Below are positions 9,449 through 18,373 of a DNA stretch of 49,024 bases, in pieces. The DNA comes from a virus. The translations under genes and the position numbers were made by a program. The first letter of the stretch is position 1. Each line of letters starts with the position of its first letter. The notes beneath the pieces were generated by a model. It was not told the DNA's origin. It saw nothing but the letters and a program-made list of their open reading frames with translations, and did no database searches. The DNA lies in the UHGV virus genome UHGV-0384005, one strand, 5' to 3'.

Positions 9449-9675
9449 TCTCCCCCCTTATCATTCAGTTGTTCCGACAGGGACAGCGAGCAGCCTCGCG
9501 CTTCCTGTGTCAGTTCGCGAGCGACGATAAGGAGTTTGGCAGCCTCCTGCATATATAGCGATGCTTCATAACTGGAGATTGTGCGGTGGACTGATGATAC
9601 CAGTGCTTCTACTTGCGCCAGGCGCTCGTCAATCAGCTCCAGATGGCCCTGGATATTTAGCTGTACCTGATTCAT
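9445..9675 (-). CDS. Hypothetical protein of the antirepressor operon, coiled-coil-like. Start overlaps the upstream gene.
   Basis: 76-aa ORF, translationally coupled on both sides. Confidence 0.5.
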   Translation of the reverse strand: MNQVQLNIQGHLELIDERLAQVEALVSSVHRTISSYEASLYMQEAAKLLIVARELTQEARGCSLSLSEQLNDKGGE

Positions 9676-9836
9676 ACGGCTACCCCGCTAACCGGGATAC
9701 GGGCAGACAGAACGAGCACAAAGCGGCTGGCAAACTGGCGACGGGCTTCCCGTTCGGACGGGGCGATCGTGGTCAGTTGATGAATATGGGATTTTTTATC
9801 TGTGCGGACGACTGCCGCGAAAGTGAATTTGAACAT
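9672..9836 (-). CDS. Small leading ORF of the ant operon (MFKFTFAAVV...), in the icd-like position
   Basis: Internal ATG of ORF 9672..10001; the 5' part of that ORF is the structured leader/sRNA region. Confidence 0.35.
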   Translation of the reverse strand: MFKFTFAAVVRTDKKSHIHQLTTIAPSEREARRQFASRFVLVLSARIPVSGVAV

Positions 9837-9997
9837 GGTGCACACTCCAGTTTGGTTATGGGTGCTACCACCAGAGTTCTCACGCTCTAAGGGGTGGTAG
9901 CCCAGACGGGGGTGAGAATACCGGCCCAAACGACACCGGCCAGCCTTTCGGCTGCCCCGCCTGGGCCACCATAATTCAGGTGTGCGCAGGCACTGAC

Positions 9998-10095
9998 ACA
10001 AAAAAACACGCTGGCGCGTGTTGTGCGCGTTTGGGGATTCGGGTTCTCACGCCCGGCTGCGGATTTTGCCGCAACGCGCTAACTCTACCGTCCAA
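9998..10095 (-). ncRNA. Candidate c4/CA-like antisense regulatory RNA at the head of the antirepressor operon
   Basis: Minus-strand promoter-like TTGACG-18-TAGAGT (~10111..10082). Several stem-loops. An intrinsic terminator (ACACGC-tggc-GCGTGT + U7) ends near 10000. The motif GTGAGAAC recurs twice downstream in the mRNA leader (9877-9886, and a complementary UUCUCAC at ~9913). Confidence 0.4.
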
Positions 10096-10133
10096 ACGTC
10101 ACGCACGTCAATAATTTAAGTCAATATTTTACC

Positions 10134-10149
10134 CTGTGACCAGTCACAG
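10134..10149. promoter_or_regulatory. LexA-box-like palindrome CTGTGACCAGTCACAG (CTGT-N8-ACAG) upstream of the ant-operon sRNA promoter. Also a member of the GTGAC-NN-GTCAC family.
   Basis: Sequence match to the CTGT-N8-ACAG frame. The centre is GC-rich, unlike the canonical AT-rich boxes. Confidence 0.35.
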
Positions 10150-10182
10150 GAACAGGTGTTTTTATAGTTTACTTTACTTTGA

Positions 10183-10821
10183 TTGGTAGGAAAAACATCA
10201 TATACATCATATAATAACCACATTCTTATAGGTGTTATGTCTGGAGTTCGTAAAATGGATTTGTTGACTTGTTTTCTATTTGTACTTTCTGAAAAAGCAA
10301 GTGATTTAAAAGAGTATTGGAGAATAGAAGTTATCCGTAAAGATAAGTTTTCGTGGCGAAGATTATTAGCCAGAAAGAGTGACCGGAACCGTAAATTTCT
10401 CTTCTGGTGGCGTCTGGCCAATGAGATGTACCTACAAGGTTCCAGGCACCAGAGAAAGGTCGCTACAAAGATTCAGGATAAGCTAAAAAACGCATATGCA
10501 GCTGACATAGAGTTGGGATTAACTGTAGGCTCCGGGCTAACCATACACCACCACACAGGCATTGTGATTTACCACAAGGCAATTATTGGGAAAAACTTTA
10601 CCATCCGTCAAAATACCACGATAGGTGGAGTTCAGGGCATGGATGAAAACGAGCGAATGGTTATTGGTGATAACGTCGACATCGGTGCTAATTCATGTCT
10701 GGTTGGTCGATTTCATATTGGTGATAATGTCACTGTCGGCGCTATGTCTTTTGTGAATAAAGATATACCAGCCAATAGCACTTACATTTGTCGTAAAAAT
10801 CCAACCATTAAACAAAAGTAA
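10183..10821 (+). CDS. Hexapeptide-repeat acetyltransferase (CysE/WcaB-like). Moron in an AT-rich island; start codon uncertain (M1/M19/M25).
   Basis: LbH repeats IGKNFTIRQNTTIGGV...IGDNVDIGANSCLVGRFHIGDNVTVGAMSFV. Confidence 0.65.
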   Translation: MVGKTSYTSYNNHILIGVMSGVRKMDLLTCFLFVLSEKASDLKEYWRIEVIRKDKFSWRRLLARKSDRNRKFLFWWRLANEMYLQGSRHQRKVATKIQDKLKNAYAADIELGLTVGSGLTIHHHTGIVIYHKAIIGKNFTIRQNTTIGGVQGMDENERMVIGDNVDIGANSCLVGRFHIGDNVTVGAMSFVNKDIPANSTYICRKNPTIKQK

Positions 10822-10897
10822 AATGTATACGATTACTATCGGCTGATAGCAAAAAAAGTAATTAAGCCGGTGGGATTATCACCTCCGGCCTTAAACA

Positions 10898-11233
10898 CTA
10901 TCTCAGCCCCGTAATGCGGCTAATGAATTCTCCCACCTTCGACGTTGACTCAAAACCCATACGCCCACGGATGAGCCACTGAAAAGGGATTGTCAGCAAG
11001 TACAGCGGAACGAACCACAAACGGTTCAGGCGCTGCCAGAACGTCCCGTCACTGCACTCCATCCACTCGGTATTGTCGACAACCTGATAAGCAAAATGGC
11101 TGCGCTCATCCTCCAGACGGCCACCACACAAAAAGCTGGTAATTTCTTCATAGTTTTCGAAGCCTTCATCCTTCAGCTTCTTTTCCAACTGATAACGGTG
11201 GAGTACAGGTACCCATCCTCTGCGGTAAATCAT
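10898..11233 (-). CDS. Hypothetical protein (111 aa)
   Basis: ORF at the distal end of the repA-downstream minus-strand gene string; its start overlaps the upstream ORF's stop. Confidence 0.5.
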   Translation of the reverse strand: MIYRRGWVPVLHRYQLEKKLKDEGFENYEEITSFLCGGRLEDERSHFAYQVVDNTEWMECSDGTFWQRLNRLWFVPLYLLTIPFQWLIRGRMGFESTSKVGEFISRITGLR

Positions 11234-11751
11234 GATTTAGATCTCCTGTATTTCGGTGCAACGGCCAGCGCCCTTTTCCAGGCAAGGGAATAACTATCAG
11301 CTGCTGATAGAGCGCTCTCCATCTCCAGCGTGATCTCTTTCGGCACCAGTTGCCAACCAGCTGGTTCCACCGGTAATGGCGTCAGATCCACTTCTTCCAG
11401 CCTTTTCTCAAAACACACATCGTCAAAATACTTCTGCTCAACTTTCAACTCAAAGTCATTCAGCGTCATTTCTACAGGTCTGATACCGTAAAGCAGGGTA
11501 CCTTTATTCATATCAAACCTTTCCGTTCCTTCTTTGGTCCCTGCATCTTCCAGAACAGATTTAGCTATGTCAGAAAAACAAATCGCGGCACACCGAAAAT
11601 CGGCAAAAGCCCGGTGCTCTCCCCACTCAGTGACGACATAAACAACACGTGTAGGGCCGCTGGCGCGGCGCTTAATTTCGAGATCAATATCTCGCTTAAG
11701 CTCGTCCAGTTCGTAGTCATTTAACTTGTTAACGCTAATATCCATCGCCAA
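11230..11751 (-). CDS. Hypothetical protein (173 aa)
   Basis: Translationally coupled ORF downstream of repA. Confidence 0.55.
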   Translation of the reverse strand: MAMDISVNKLNDYELDELKRDIDLEIKRRASGPTRVVYVVTEWGEHRAFADFRCAAICFSDIAKSVLEDAGTKEGTERFDMNKGTLLYGIRPVEMTLNDFELKVEQKYFDDVCFEKRLEEVDLTPLPVEPAGWQLVPKEITLEMESALSAADSYSLAWKRALAVAPKYRRSKS

Positions 11752-12078
11752 TCACCCCCACTGGCCATCAGCGAATAAAGCGTTGTACTCCGACAACGGC
11801 AGGCGCTGGCCCTCGATGTAAATATTCAGTTCGTAACGTGTCTCCGGGTTTTCTTTATCGGCATCTGCCCAGCGTTCAGCAGCTGCTGCAGCAAGACATT
11901 CGACCGCCTTCGGGTAGTCCTCTGTTCGAAACCAGCCAAAGTTGATCCCGCCATCAGTCACAGCCCAGGCCACCTTTTTTTCTTCTTCCTGAATGGCCCT
12001 GATTCGTGCCTCGCACTCATCGCGGCAAAACTTCAACTGGTCATAGTCCAGACTGTCTAAATAGTTAGTTGTCGACAT
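11752..12078 (-). CDS. Hypothetical protein (108 aa)
   Basis: Translationally coupled ORF downstream of repA. Confidence 0.55.
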   Translation of the reverse strand: MSTTNYLDSLDYDQLKFCRDECEARIRAIQEEEKKVAWAVTDGGINFGWFRTEDYPKAVECLAAAAAERWADADKENPETRYELNIYIEGQRLPLSEYNALFADGQWG

Positions 12079-12271
12079 TTTTCCGATCCCCGTTCATCCG
12101 TAATTCCCGATATACCCGCTGCCACATTCGGTAGTTGTGCGCAAATGCTTCTCCACGAAATAAGGCCCGACGAACCCTGCTACCCTCCCGAAGATATAAC
12201 CTGGTCCGGTAATCAAACCATTGCTGGAAGATAAACAGCACAACCACAACTAACAGCGCCAAACTACCCAT
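12065..12271 (-). CDS. Small hydrophobic protein (about 68 aa, MGSLALLVVVVLFIF...), starts at the repA stop
   Basis: Internal ATG of ORF 12065..12388; the N-terminal part of that ORF overlaps repA. Confidence 0.35.
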   Translation of the reverse strand: MGSLALLVVVVLFIFQQWFDYRTRLYLREGSRVRRALFRGEAFAHNYRMWQRVYRELRMNGDRKNVDN

Positions 12272-15200
12272 AGAACGCCTCCGGCGCATCGTAGCCGCCT
12301 GTAGCCATTCCAGTGATGTATTCGCGCAGTCTCCGCAGTTCGTTGCTGGAGAGGCGATCCATAAACTCTGTGAGGTACAGGGAGGCAAAGGTCATCGCGA
12401 TGCTGGCTGGCGACCAGGTATTCATTGTGGCCAGCTCATCGTCGGACAGCGCGGTCATAGCCCAGGCCTCCGGAACAGGCACCGGCAACGTGGCCAGAGC
12501 CTCAGATATTACTGAATGAGGGGCGTCCAGATTCTGCCCGTCTGTGGATCGTGTTTTATGATCCATATATATATTGAGATCCAAACCGTGATCCACTTCG
12601 GTGGCCTTCTTATCGCCCTTATGCAATTGCAGGGACAGGCCGTCTTCCTGGCGGTTCTCCAGGATTTCCATCATGAACGCTGCCGACTCTGGATCAACGA
12701 AGCGGATGGTTGGGCGTTTGTCTCCCTCCCTGGCGCGGCGCTTGTCGGTCTTCAGGCCGAGTGATTCGCAAATGTTTTTAAACAGCGCCTCCGGGACCTT
12801 TGGCTTGCCTTTCGGTGTCATAAAGCCACCAATGCGCAGGACGTTGTTTAACAGGTCGCGCCGTTCGTCTGTCATGAGTTTATCCCTAGCATACTTCATC
12901 CTCGCCTGGGTGGCCTCTCCGGTCATTGTCTCCGGGTCGATACCGCAGTCGATGAAATACTGGCGCAGCGCTGCGGATTTAAGCGCGTAGAACCCGCGCA
13001 TGCCGACTTCAACCGCAGGCGTTGCTTTCACTTTGTAGTCGGTAATACCCGGATGCTTGGCCTGGAATGCTTCATCCGCCTGCTCACGCGTCATGGCCGT
13101 GACAACAAAATATTGCCACTGGCCTGTCTGTTTAAAGGCGTAGGTAAAGTTGATCGCCGATTCTTCGCGGTCATAGCGTCGTGCCGTGACCTCATCGAGC
13201 AGCATGGTTTCGTAGCGGCGAACTTTATCCCGAGCGCCGTCGAAGTAGAATTTCAGGTTGTCTTCGTTAACCGGAATTTTTAACTCGTTCTCAATATCCC
13301 AGCGGACCAGCTTCGCCTGCTCCTCCAGCGTCAGCGCCCGTTTTTTCAGGATTTCCTCGCGTTCTGATTCGTCGGGTGTCTCAATATTCAGATGCAGATC
13401 CAGCGTCTGTTCCCATACGATTTCTCTGGCTTCCTTACGCAGCTCCTTGCCGATAGAGTTCGCCAGTTCGTCAGATGCCAGGGGGGCGACTTTATAGCCA
13501 TCGCTGTGCATGATGCAGATCATATTGCAGGCGTAGTCATTACGTGCCGAGGCTTCTATCGCTGCAGCCTTGATTTTCATCCTGGTGAAATCGGTGTTGG
13601 CCACACCCATTGAAATGCGATCACCATCAAACACAACGTCCGTCACTTCGCCATTCATGCCAGCAGTGGCCAGCAGAGCCTGGGCGAATGCGCGTTCGAT
13701 TTTTTTCGGGTCTGTCTCGCGTTTTGCCCGGACCTTATCAAAGCCGATAATGAATTCTTTAGCGGTACGGTCGCGGCGCAACATCTGGATAGCATCGCTG
13801 GGGACTACTTCGCCGCAGAACATGCCGAAGTGGCGATCAAAGTGTTTTTGTTCAATGGATACGCCAGAAGATATGGATGGGCTGTAAATCAGGCCATCGT
13901 ATTTTTTGACCATCTGTTTTGGCTTATTGGTGAACGCTTCAACCTCTGGCTCCGGTTTACTTTTCTGGTTCACACAAAGGAATTTTTTCTCCGGATAACG
14001 CTGGCGCAGCGTGGCCGTCACGTCCTCCGCAAATGTCGAACTGTCGGTCGCCAGCATGATTTTTTCACCGAGTTCCACCGCCTTAATAACCTCGGTCATA
14101 ATGCGATCCTTCTCGGTATAGAAGACGCGGATAGGTTCTCCGGTTTCGCGGTTGCGAACGTCGACCGGCAATTCGATAACATGAATCTGCAGCCATGCTG
14201 GCAGGCCCATTTCCTCGCGGCGTTTCATTGCCAGTTCTGCCAGGTCAACCAGCAGGTCGTTGGCATCGGCATCCACCATAATGGGGTGCAATTCTGTTCT
14301 GGCCAGCGCGTCGATTAGGGTATTGAAAACGGCAACCGGGTTTTCCATCGCCTTACCTGAAAGAATGGCGCGTAGCCCTTGCGTGGCTTCATCAAATCCA
14401 AAATAGTCGTGCTGGCGCATCAATGGCTGCCAGCAGCCTTTGACGATGGAGTTTATGCAGATAGTCAGCTTATTAGCGTATGGGGCCATTTCCTGATAAC
14501 CAGGATCCTGATAATGCAGAATGTCAGCTTTTGCGCCTTTCTTCTCTGTCATCATTTCCCATAAGCCACCGATAAGGCTTACCCTGTGAGCCACGGAAAC
14601 GCCACGGTCCGCGTCATGCATCAATGGGCGTAACAGGCCTGTCGATTTTCCCGACCCCATGCCGGCACGAACAATCACGATTCCCTGCAGCTGTTGCACG
14701 TACTGCAGAACCTCTTCGGTCATGACTGACGTTTCAAAGCGTTTATACGTGATGTGCTGGGGCCGTTTATTGGGATCGGTAATGCGGTCACTGAAGGAAC
14801 GCGGAGCCTGCGCGGTGCGGCATTTACGGTTAAGGCGACGGGCAATGTGGTCTTTTATCGTTGCGCGGTAAACGTTCTCCAGATCCATTTCCCGCAGAAC
14901 GATGCAGAACATTTTAAACAGGTCCGATGGGCTGTTCGGTACCGGGCATGTGAGCATGCCGATATCCACCGCCTGCAGCAGCTCTTTCGCGAACGTTCGA
15001 CGGTTGTCCCGCTTAATGGTTTTCAGCTTGTTAAGCGTGAGTGTAAGTAAATCTGTGCTGGTACTCAGGCGGTTTGCCTTGCCGAACAACTGGCGAGTTG
15101 TTTCCCGCAGGCCGCGTAATTTGTGCAGGTCGTTGAAGTCGCTGCACTCCAGCTGGGGATCATCTTCGAAAATGGGGTAAACGCATTTTATGCCGTTAAA

Positions 15201-16268
15201 TTTCGCGATGATTTCGTAGCCAGTGCGCAGGCCTGTGTTGCCTTTCCCTTCCGCTGATGATTTGCGGTCGTTATCCAGTGTGCAGGTAATTTTTGCGGCC
15301 GGGTACAGGTTCACCAGCTGCTCAACAACATGAATCATGTTATTTGCCGATACGGCGACAACTACGGCATCAAAGCGCTTTTTCGGATCCTTTCTAGTCG
15401 CCAGCCATACTGATGCGCCTGTTGCGAAGCCTTCGGCTACCGCGATATTTTGCGCGCCTTTCAGGTTGCCGATCACGAAGCAGGAACCCACGAAATCACC
15501 GGTGATGACGGCGTTGGTCTGAAATTTACCGCCACGCTTATCAATACGCTGCCAGCCGACTATTTGCCCGTCTTTGCGCCCGTCCAGATGGGACAGAGGG
15601 ATAGCCATATAAGTGGTTGGCCCGCTGCTCCATCTGGCGCTATCGTGACTGGTCACGCGACGTACATCACACGCGCTAAATACGTCACGAATGCCTTTTT
15701 TCACAGCGTAAGGCCATGAACCGTCCTCAGCAGGCGCATGCTCCCAGGCGTGATGGAATGCAAGCCAGCCAAGCAAACGCTCATGGTCTAATTGGTTGTT
15801 TCGTAAGTCATTAATGCGTTGCTGTTCGGCGCGGCGTCTGCGGGCTTCTGCCTGGCGTTCGATGCGGGCGCGTTCTTCTGCTGGCTGTGCGACCACGGTC
15901 GCATGATTTTTTTGTTGGTCACGGCGGTACTCGGAGAAAAGGAAGGAAAACCCACTCCAGGAACCAGCATCACTGCCCTTCTGGACAAAGTTTATAAAGG
16001 GGTAGCTGATGCCGTCTTTGCTGTGTTCCAGGCGCGAATAGATTTCGACGCGGCCTTTGAGGCTCTTTTCCAGTGCTTCTGGCGAAGGGCCATTATAGGT
16101 GGAATAGCGTTCCTGTCCGCCGCGCGGATTCAACTGGATGTTATCAGCACAGGCTGGCCAGTTAATGCCAGCCATCTTTGCCAGCTCTGTTAGCTCATCC
16201 CGTGCAGCTTCAAGCAATGAGAACGGATCGCTGCCAAAGCGATCCGCATAGAATTCTTGTAAGGTCAT
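12264..16268 (-). CDS. repA: Multifunctional replication protein RepA (primase-helicase), N15 RepA-like
   Basis: 1334 aa. Walker A GMGSGKST. Its size and position (between the tel/ant region and cB) match N15 RepA, which I recall as about 1324 aa. Confidence 0.9.
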   Translation of the reverse strand: MTLQEFYADRFGSDPFSLLEAARDELTELAKMAGINWPACADNIQLNPRGGQERYSTYNGPSPEALEKSLKGRVEIYSRLEHSKDGISYPFINFVQKGSDAGSWSGFSFLFSEYRRDQQKNHATVVAQPAEERARIERQAEARRRRAEQQRINDLRNNQLDHERLLGWLAFHHAWEHAPAEDGSWPYAVKKGIRDVFSACDVRRVTSHDSARWSSGPTTYMAIPLSHLDGRKDGQIVGWQRIDKRGGKFQTNAVITGDFVGSCFVIGNLKGAQNIAVAEGFATGASVWLATRKDPKKRFDAVVVAVSANNMIHVVEQLVNLYPAAKITCTLDNDRKSSAEGKGNTGLRTGYEIIAKFNGIKCVYPIFEDDPQLECSDFNDLHKLRGLRETTRQLFGKANRLSTSTDLLTLTLNKLKTIKRDNRRTFAKELLQAVDIGMLTCPVPNSPSDLFKMFCIVLREMDLENVYRATIKDHIARRLNRKCRTAQAPRSFSDRITDPNKRPQHITYKRFETSVMTEEVLQYVQQLQGIVIVRAGMGSGKSTGLLRPLMHDADRGVSVAHRVSLIGGLWEMMTEKKGAKADILHYQDPGYQEMAPYANKLTICINSIVKGCWQPLMRQHDYFGFDEATQGLRAILSGKAMENPVAVFNTLIDALARTELHPIMVDADANDLLVDLAELAMKRREEMGLPAWLQIHVIELPVDVRNRETGEPIRVFYTEKDRIMTEVIKAVELGEKIMLATDSSTFAEDVTATLRQRYPEKKFLCVNQKSKPEPEVEAFTNKPKQMVKKYDGLIYSPSISSGVSIEQKHFDRHFGMFCGEVVPSDAIQMLRRDRTAKEFIIGFDKVRAKRETDPKKIERAFAQALLATAGMNGEVTDVVFDGDRISMGVANTDFTRMKIKAAAIEASARNDYACNMICIMHSDGYKVAPLASDELANSIGKELRKEAREIVWEQTLDLHLNIETPDESEREEILKKRALTLEEQAKLVRWDIENELKIPVNEDNLKFYFDGARDKVRRYETMLLDEVTARRYDREESAINFTYAFKQTGQWQYFVVTAMTREQADEAFQAKHPGITDYKVKATPAVEVGMRGFYALKSAALRQYFIDCGIDPETMTGEATQARMKYARDKLMTDERRDLLNNVLRIGGFMTPKGKPKVPEALFKNICESLGLKTDKRRAREGDKRPTIRFVDPESAAFMMEILENRQEDGLSLQLHKGDKKATEVDHGLDLNIYMDHKTRSTDGQNLDAPHSVISEALATLPVPVPEAWAMTALSDDELATMNTWSPASIAMTFASLYLTEFMDRLSSNELRRLREYITGMATGGYDAPEAFYG
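15644..15657. repeat. Palindrome CGTGACTGGTCACG (family GTGAC-NN-GTCAC), inside repA
   Basis: Identical 14-mer at 22759. Related site at 10134. Confidence 0.35.
15887..15904. repeat. SopB-box-like palindrome GTGCGACCACGGTCGCAt, one arm mismatch, inside repA coding sequence
   Basis: Member of a 5-copy family resembling the F sopC core TGGGACCACGGTCCCA. Confidence 0.55.
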
Positions 16269-16391
16269 TTTTTAGCCTTTCCATGCGAATTATGTTTTTT
16301 TCGGGTTGAAAAAATCCGCAGGAGCAGCCACAATAAACGCACGATCTTCTGAAGGATGCGGTGCTGGTTTTGTGGGTGCTGCTCCTGAAAA

Positions 16392-16421
16392 AGGCCCGAG
16401 TTTGCCGACTCGGGTTTTTTT
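16392..16421. terminator. Bidirectional intrinsic terminator (CCCGAGT-ttgccg-ACTCGGG, A5 upstream and T8 downstream) between cB and the repA promoter region
   Basis: Read directly from the sequence. Confidence 0.5.
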
Positions 16422-16518
16422 TCGTCTTTTTTTCGGCTGCCGCAATCTGATTCAACCGCGATAAATTATAGATCGCATTAAACCAGATTTATAGGCAGCA
16501 ATAAACCCCGTTATTCTT

Positions 16519-17127
16519 TCATCTACCCTCTACCATGAAAGATTTGATCGTACCTACGACCTGATGCACGAATTGAAGATCACTTTTATCATGTATAACC
16601 CGTTGAGAGTTAGCGCTATCTAAGTAGTAGCGCTCATCGTCGAAACGGGCTAATCGCTGAATTGTGATCTCGCCGTTGTTTTCGCAAACTAATACATCCT
16701 CACCCGGTACCGGAGTAAGGGTTGAGTCAACCAGGATTACATCGCCTGGCTGATAGTTTCGCTGAACCTGGTTCCCTATCGTTAACGCATACACGGTATT
16801 CCGCTGGCTAACGAACGGCAGGAATCGTTCTGTGCTGGCAGGTTCTCCTGGCTGCCAGTCTTTATCCGGACCACTCTCTGTCGTACCAATAACAGGAACG
16901 CGGTCTGGATCAGATTCAGTGCCATACAGTATCCATTGCACTGGTTTGCGCAGGCATTTCGCCAGGGCCAGCCCGATTTCCAGCGACGGCATAACGTCGC
17001 CACGTTCTAAGTTTTGGACGCCAGGAAGAGAGATTCCCACACTTTCTGCTACCTGCTTCAGTGTCAGCTTCAGCTCTAAACGGCGTGCTTTCAGTCGTTC
17101 GCCTCGTGTTTTCATACTGTTAATCAT
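16519..17127 (-). CDS. cB: Prophage repressor CB (CI/LexA-like: HTH plus S24-peptidase-type C-terminal domain)
   Basis: 202 aa. N-terminal HTH (LTLKQVAESVGISLPGVQNLERG). Divergent from cro. N15 CB is about 201 aa. Confidence 0.85.
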   Translation of the reverse strand: MINSMKTRGERLKARRLELKLTLKQVAESVGISLPGVQNLERGDVMPSLEIGLALAKCLRKPVQWILYGTESDPDRVPVIGTTESGPDKDWQPGEPASTERFLPFVSQRNTVYALTIGNQVQRNYQPGDVILVDSTLTPVPGEDVLVCENNGEITIQRLARFDDERYYLDSANSQRVIHDKSDLQFVHQVVGTIKSFMVEGR

Positions 17128-17138
17128 AAATGATCTGT

Positions 17139-17202
17139 TTATAGCTGGCTATAAAATTTATAAATTATACCTGGCTTTAATTTGAAGTTATTGGTTATAA
17201 TA
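17139..17202. promoter_or_regulatory. Candidate CB operators in the cB-cro intergenic region. Perfect palindrome TTATAGC-tg-GCTATAA (17139-17154) and two degenerate copies (~17165-17180, ~17187-17202).
   Basis: Read directly from the sequence. The tripartite layout is typical of OR regions. Confidence 0.45.
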
Positions 17203-17207
17203 ATTTT

Positions 17208-17423
17208 ATGAAGCCAGAAGAACTTATCCGCCACTTTGGCGATGTTGAAAAAGCTGCTGAAGGCGTGGGTGTGACACCTTGCGCGGTCTACCAATGGCTG
17301 GCTGCAGGAGTAATTCCCCCTCTTCGGCAAAGCGATATAGAAGTCCGGACGGCTTATCAACTGAAAAGTGATTTCACTGTTCGTCGTGTTGGTAAGAAAG
17401 GTGATGGTCATGGAGCTGAATAA
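17208..17423 (+). CDS. cro: Cro-like early regulator
   Basis: 71 aa, divergent from cB, with an HTH-like GVTPCAVYQW. Confidence 0.7.
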   Translation: MKPEELIRHFGDVEKAAEGVGVTPCAVYQWLAAGVIPPLRQSDIEVRTAYQLKSDFTVRRVGKKGDGHGAE

Positions 17424-18147
17424 CATACGCATTTGGGTATCTACGGCTCTTTCCGACATTCACTACCTCCAACGCGGCATCCTTGAGGTTCAGTTAGAGC
17501 AGCTGCGTCTTGCCAGTTCTGACAGATTCACTGATAAGCCGACCAGAACAATCAGTATAGGAGAGAGTGAAGTCTATGAAATATCTGTTCCTGCCGATCC
17601 GGTTCGTTTTCACGTTGGGAAAACATTTAAGCAATCCTCAATGCTGCTGACTGAATTAGATTTTGCTACCACCAGCTGGCGCAGAGCTATTGGGCAGTTA
17701 AACCGAGAGGAAACAGCATGGTTATATTATTGCTATGGCTGTAAACCTGATTACAACAACGACGTGATTATTTGCCAGTGGCTATGGCTTGATTTTTTAG
17801 TTGCCCATTCGAAGTCCGGATTTAAAAAGATGAAAACGGCAACTAAAAAAAACATGTGGAAATTGACGTATAACAGTATTCAGGAAGTTAAAGCCGAAAT
17901 TATCCGCAATGAACCTCCAGACGAAAAATACGAGGATGAGCATTTTAGTTACTTGCTCAATATATCGGTTGATAGCTGGAGAAAAGATTACAAAAAACGC
18001 TGGTCATTATTGAAATCACGATGCCTTTATCTGAATAAAACCGCATTGCTTAATGCGGCGGAGAAACGTAGTGAAATCATTAACCTCAATAGGGCAGGAA
18101 GTCCCAACCTGCCTGTGCCAGCAGATTATGCACAGGAAACCAGGTAG
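17410..18147 (+). CDS. Putative late-gene antiterminator (Q-like by position, as in N15). Start moved to MELNNIRIW... with an AGGTGA RBS.
   Basis: Immediately follows cro. The call rests on gene order in N15-type immB regions, not on recognised sequence motifs. Confidence 0.35.
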   Translation: MELNNIRIWVSTALSDIHYLQRGILEVQLEQLRLASSDRFTDKPTRTISIGESEVYEISVPADPVRFHVGKTFKQSSMLLTELDFATTSWRRAIGQLNREETAWLYYCYGCKPDYNNDVIICQWLWLDFLVAHSKSGFKKMKTATKKNMWKLTYNSIQEVKAEIIRNEPPDEKYEDEHFSYLLNISVDSWRKDYKKRWSLLKSRCLYLNKTALLNAAEKRSEIINLNRAGSPNLPVPADYAQETR

Positions 18148-18373
18148 GCCAGAGCTTAGGTATTCAGGTGTCCGGAAAGAGTTCATCATCTGGTGCCCTA
18201 CCTGTAACTATCGTACTCATCCGGACACGAACCGACAGGCAGTTATCACAGAGTGGTATTTGTCTAATCAGCCAGGAAATAAGCATATAGAGAAAATATG
18301 GCTTAGACGCTACATGGAAATCAGAGAGGGTGCGACCACGGTCGCACAGGATGATAATGAAAACACCATTTAA
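18131..18373 (+). CDS. Hypothetical small Cys-containing protein (CPTCNY)
   Basis: Internal ATG of ORF 18053..18373. Contains SopB-box copy 18330-18347. Confidence 0.4.
   Translation, partial: HRKPGRPELRYSGVRKEFIIWCPTCNYRTHPDTNRQAVITEWYLSNQPGNKHIEKIWLRRYMEIREGATTVAQDDNENTI
18330..18347. repeat. SopB-box-like palindrome GTGCGACCACGGTCGCAC (perfect)
   Basis: Family of 5. Confidence 0.6.

Noticed and set aside
12313-16193. About 18 plus-strand ORFs of 60-160 aa inside the repA coding region
   Set aside because: All lie antisense to a 1334-aa RepA gene with unambiguous helicase/primase features. They are the shadow ORFs expected in a GC-balanced long gene, with no RBS or coupling pattern.
16270-16520. 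repA upstream region searched for CB operators and an antisense RNA
   Set aside because: Only weak TTATAG-N3-GC-N2-TAA half-matches to the OR palindromes were seen. They are too degenerate to call without binding data.
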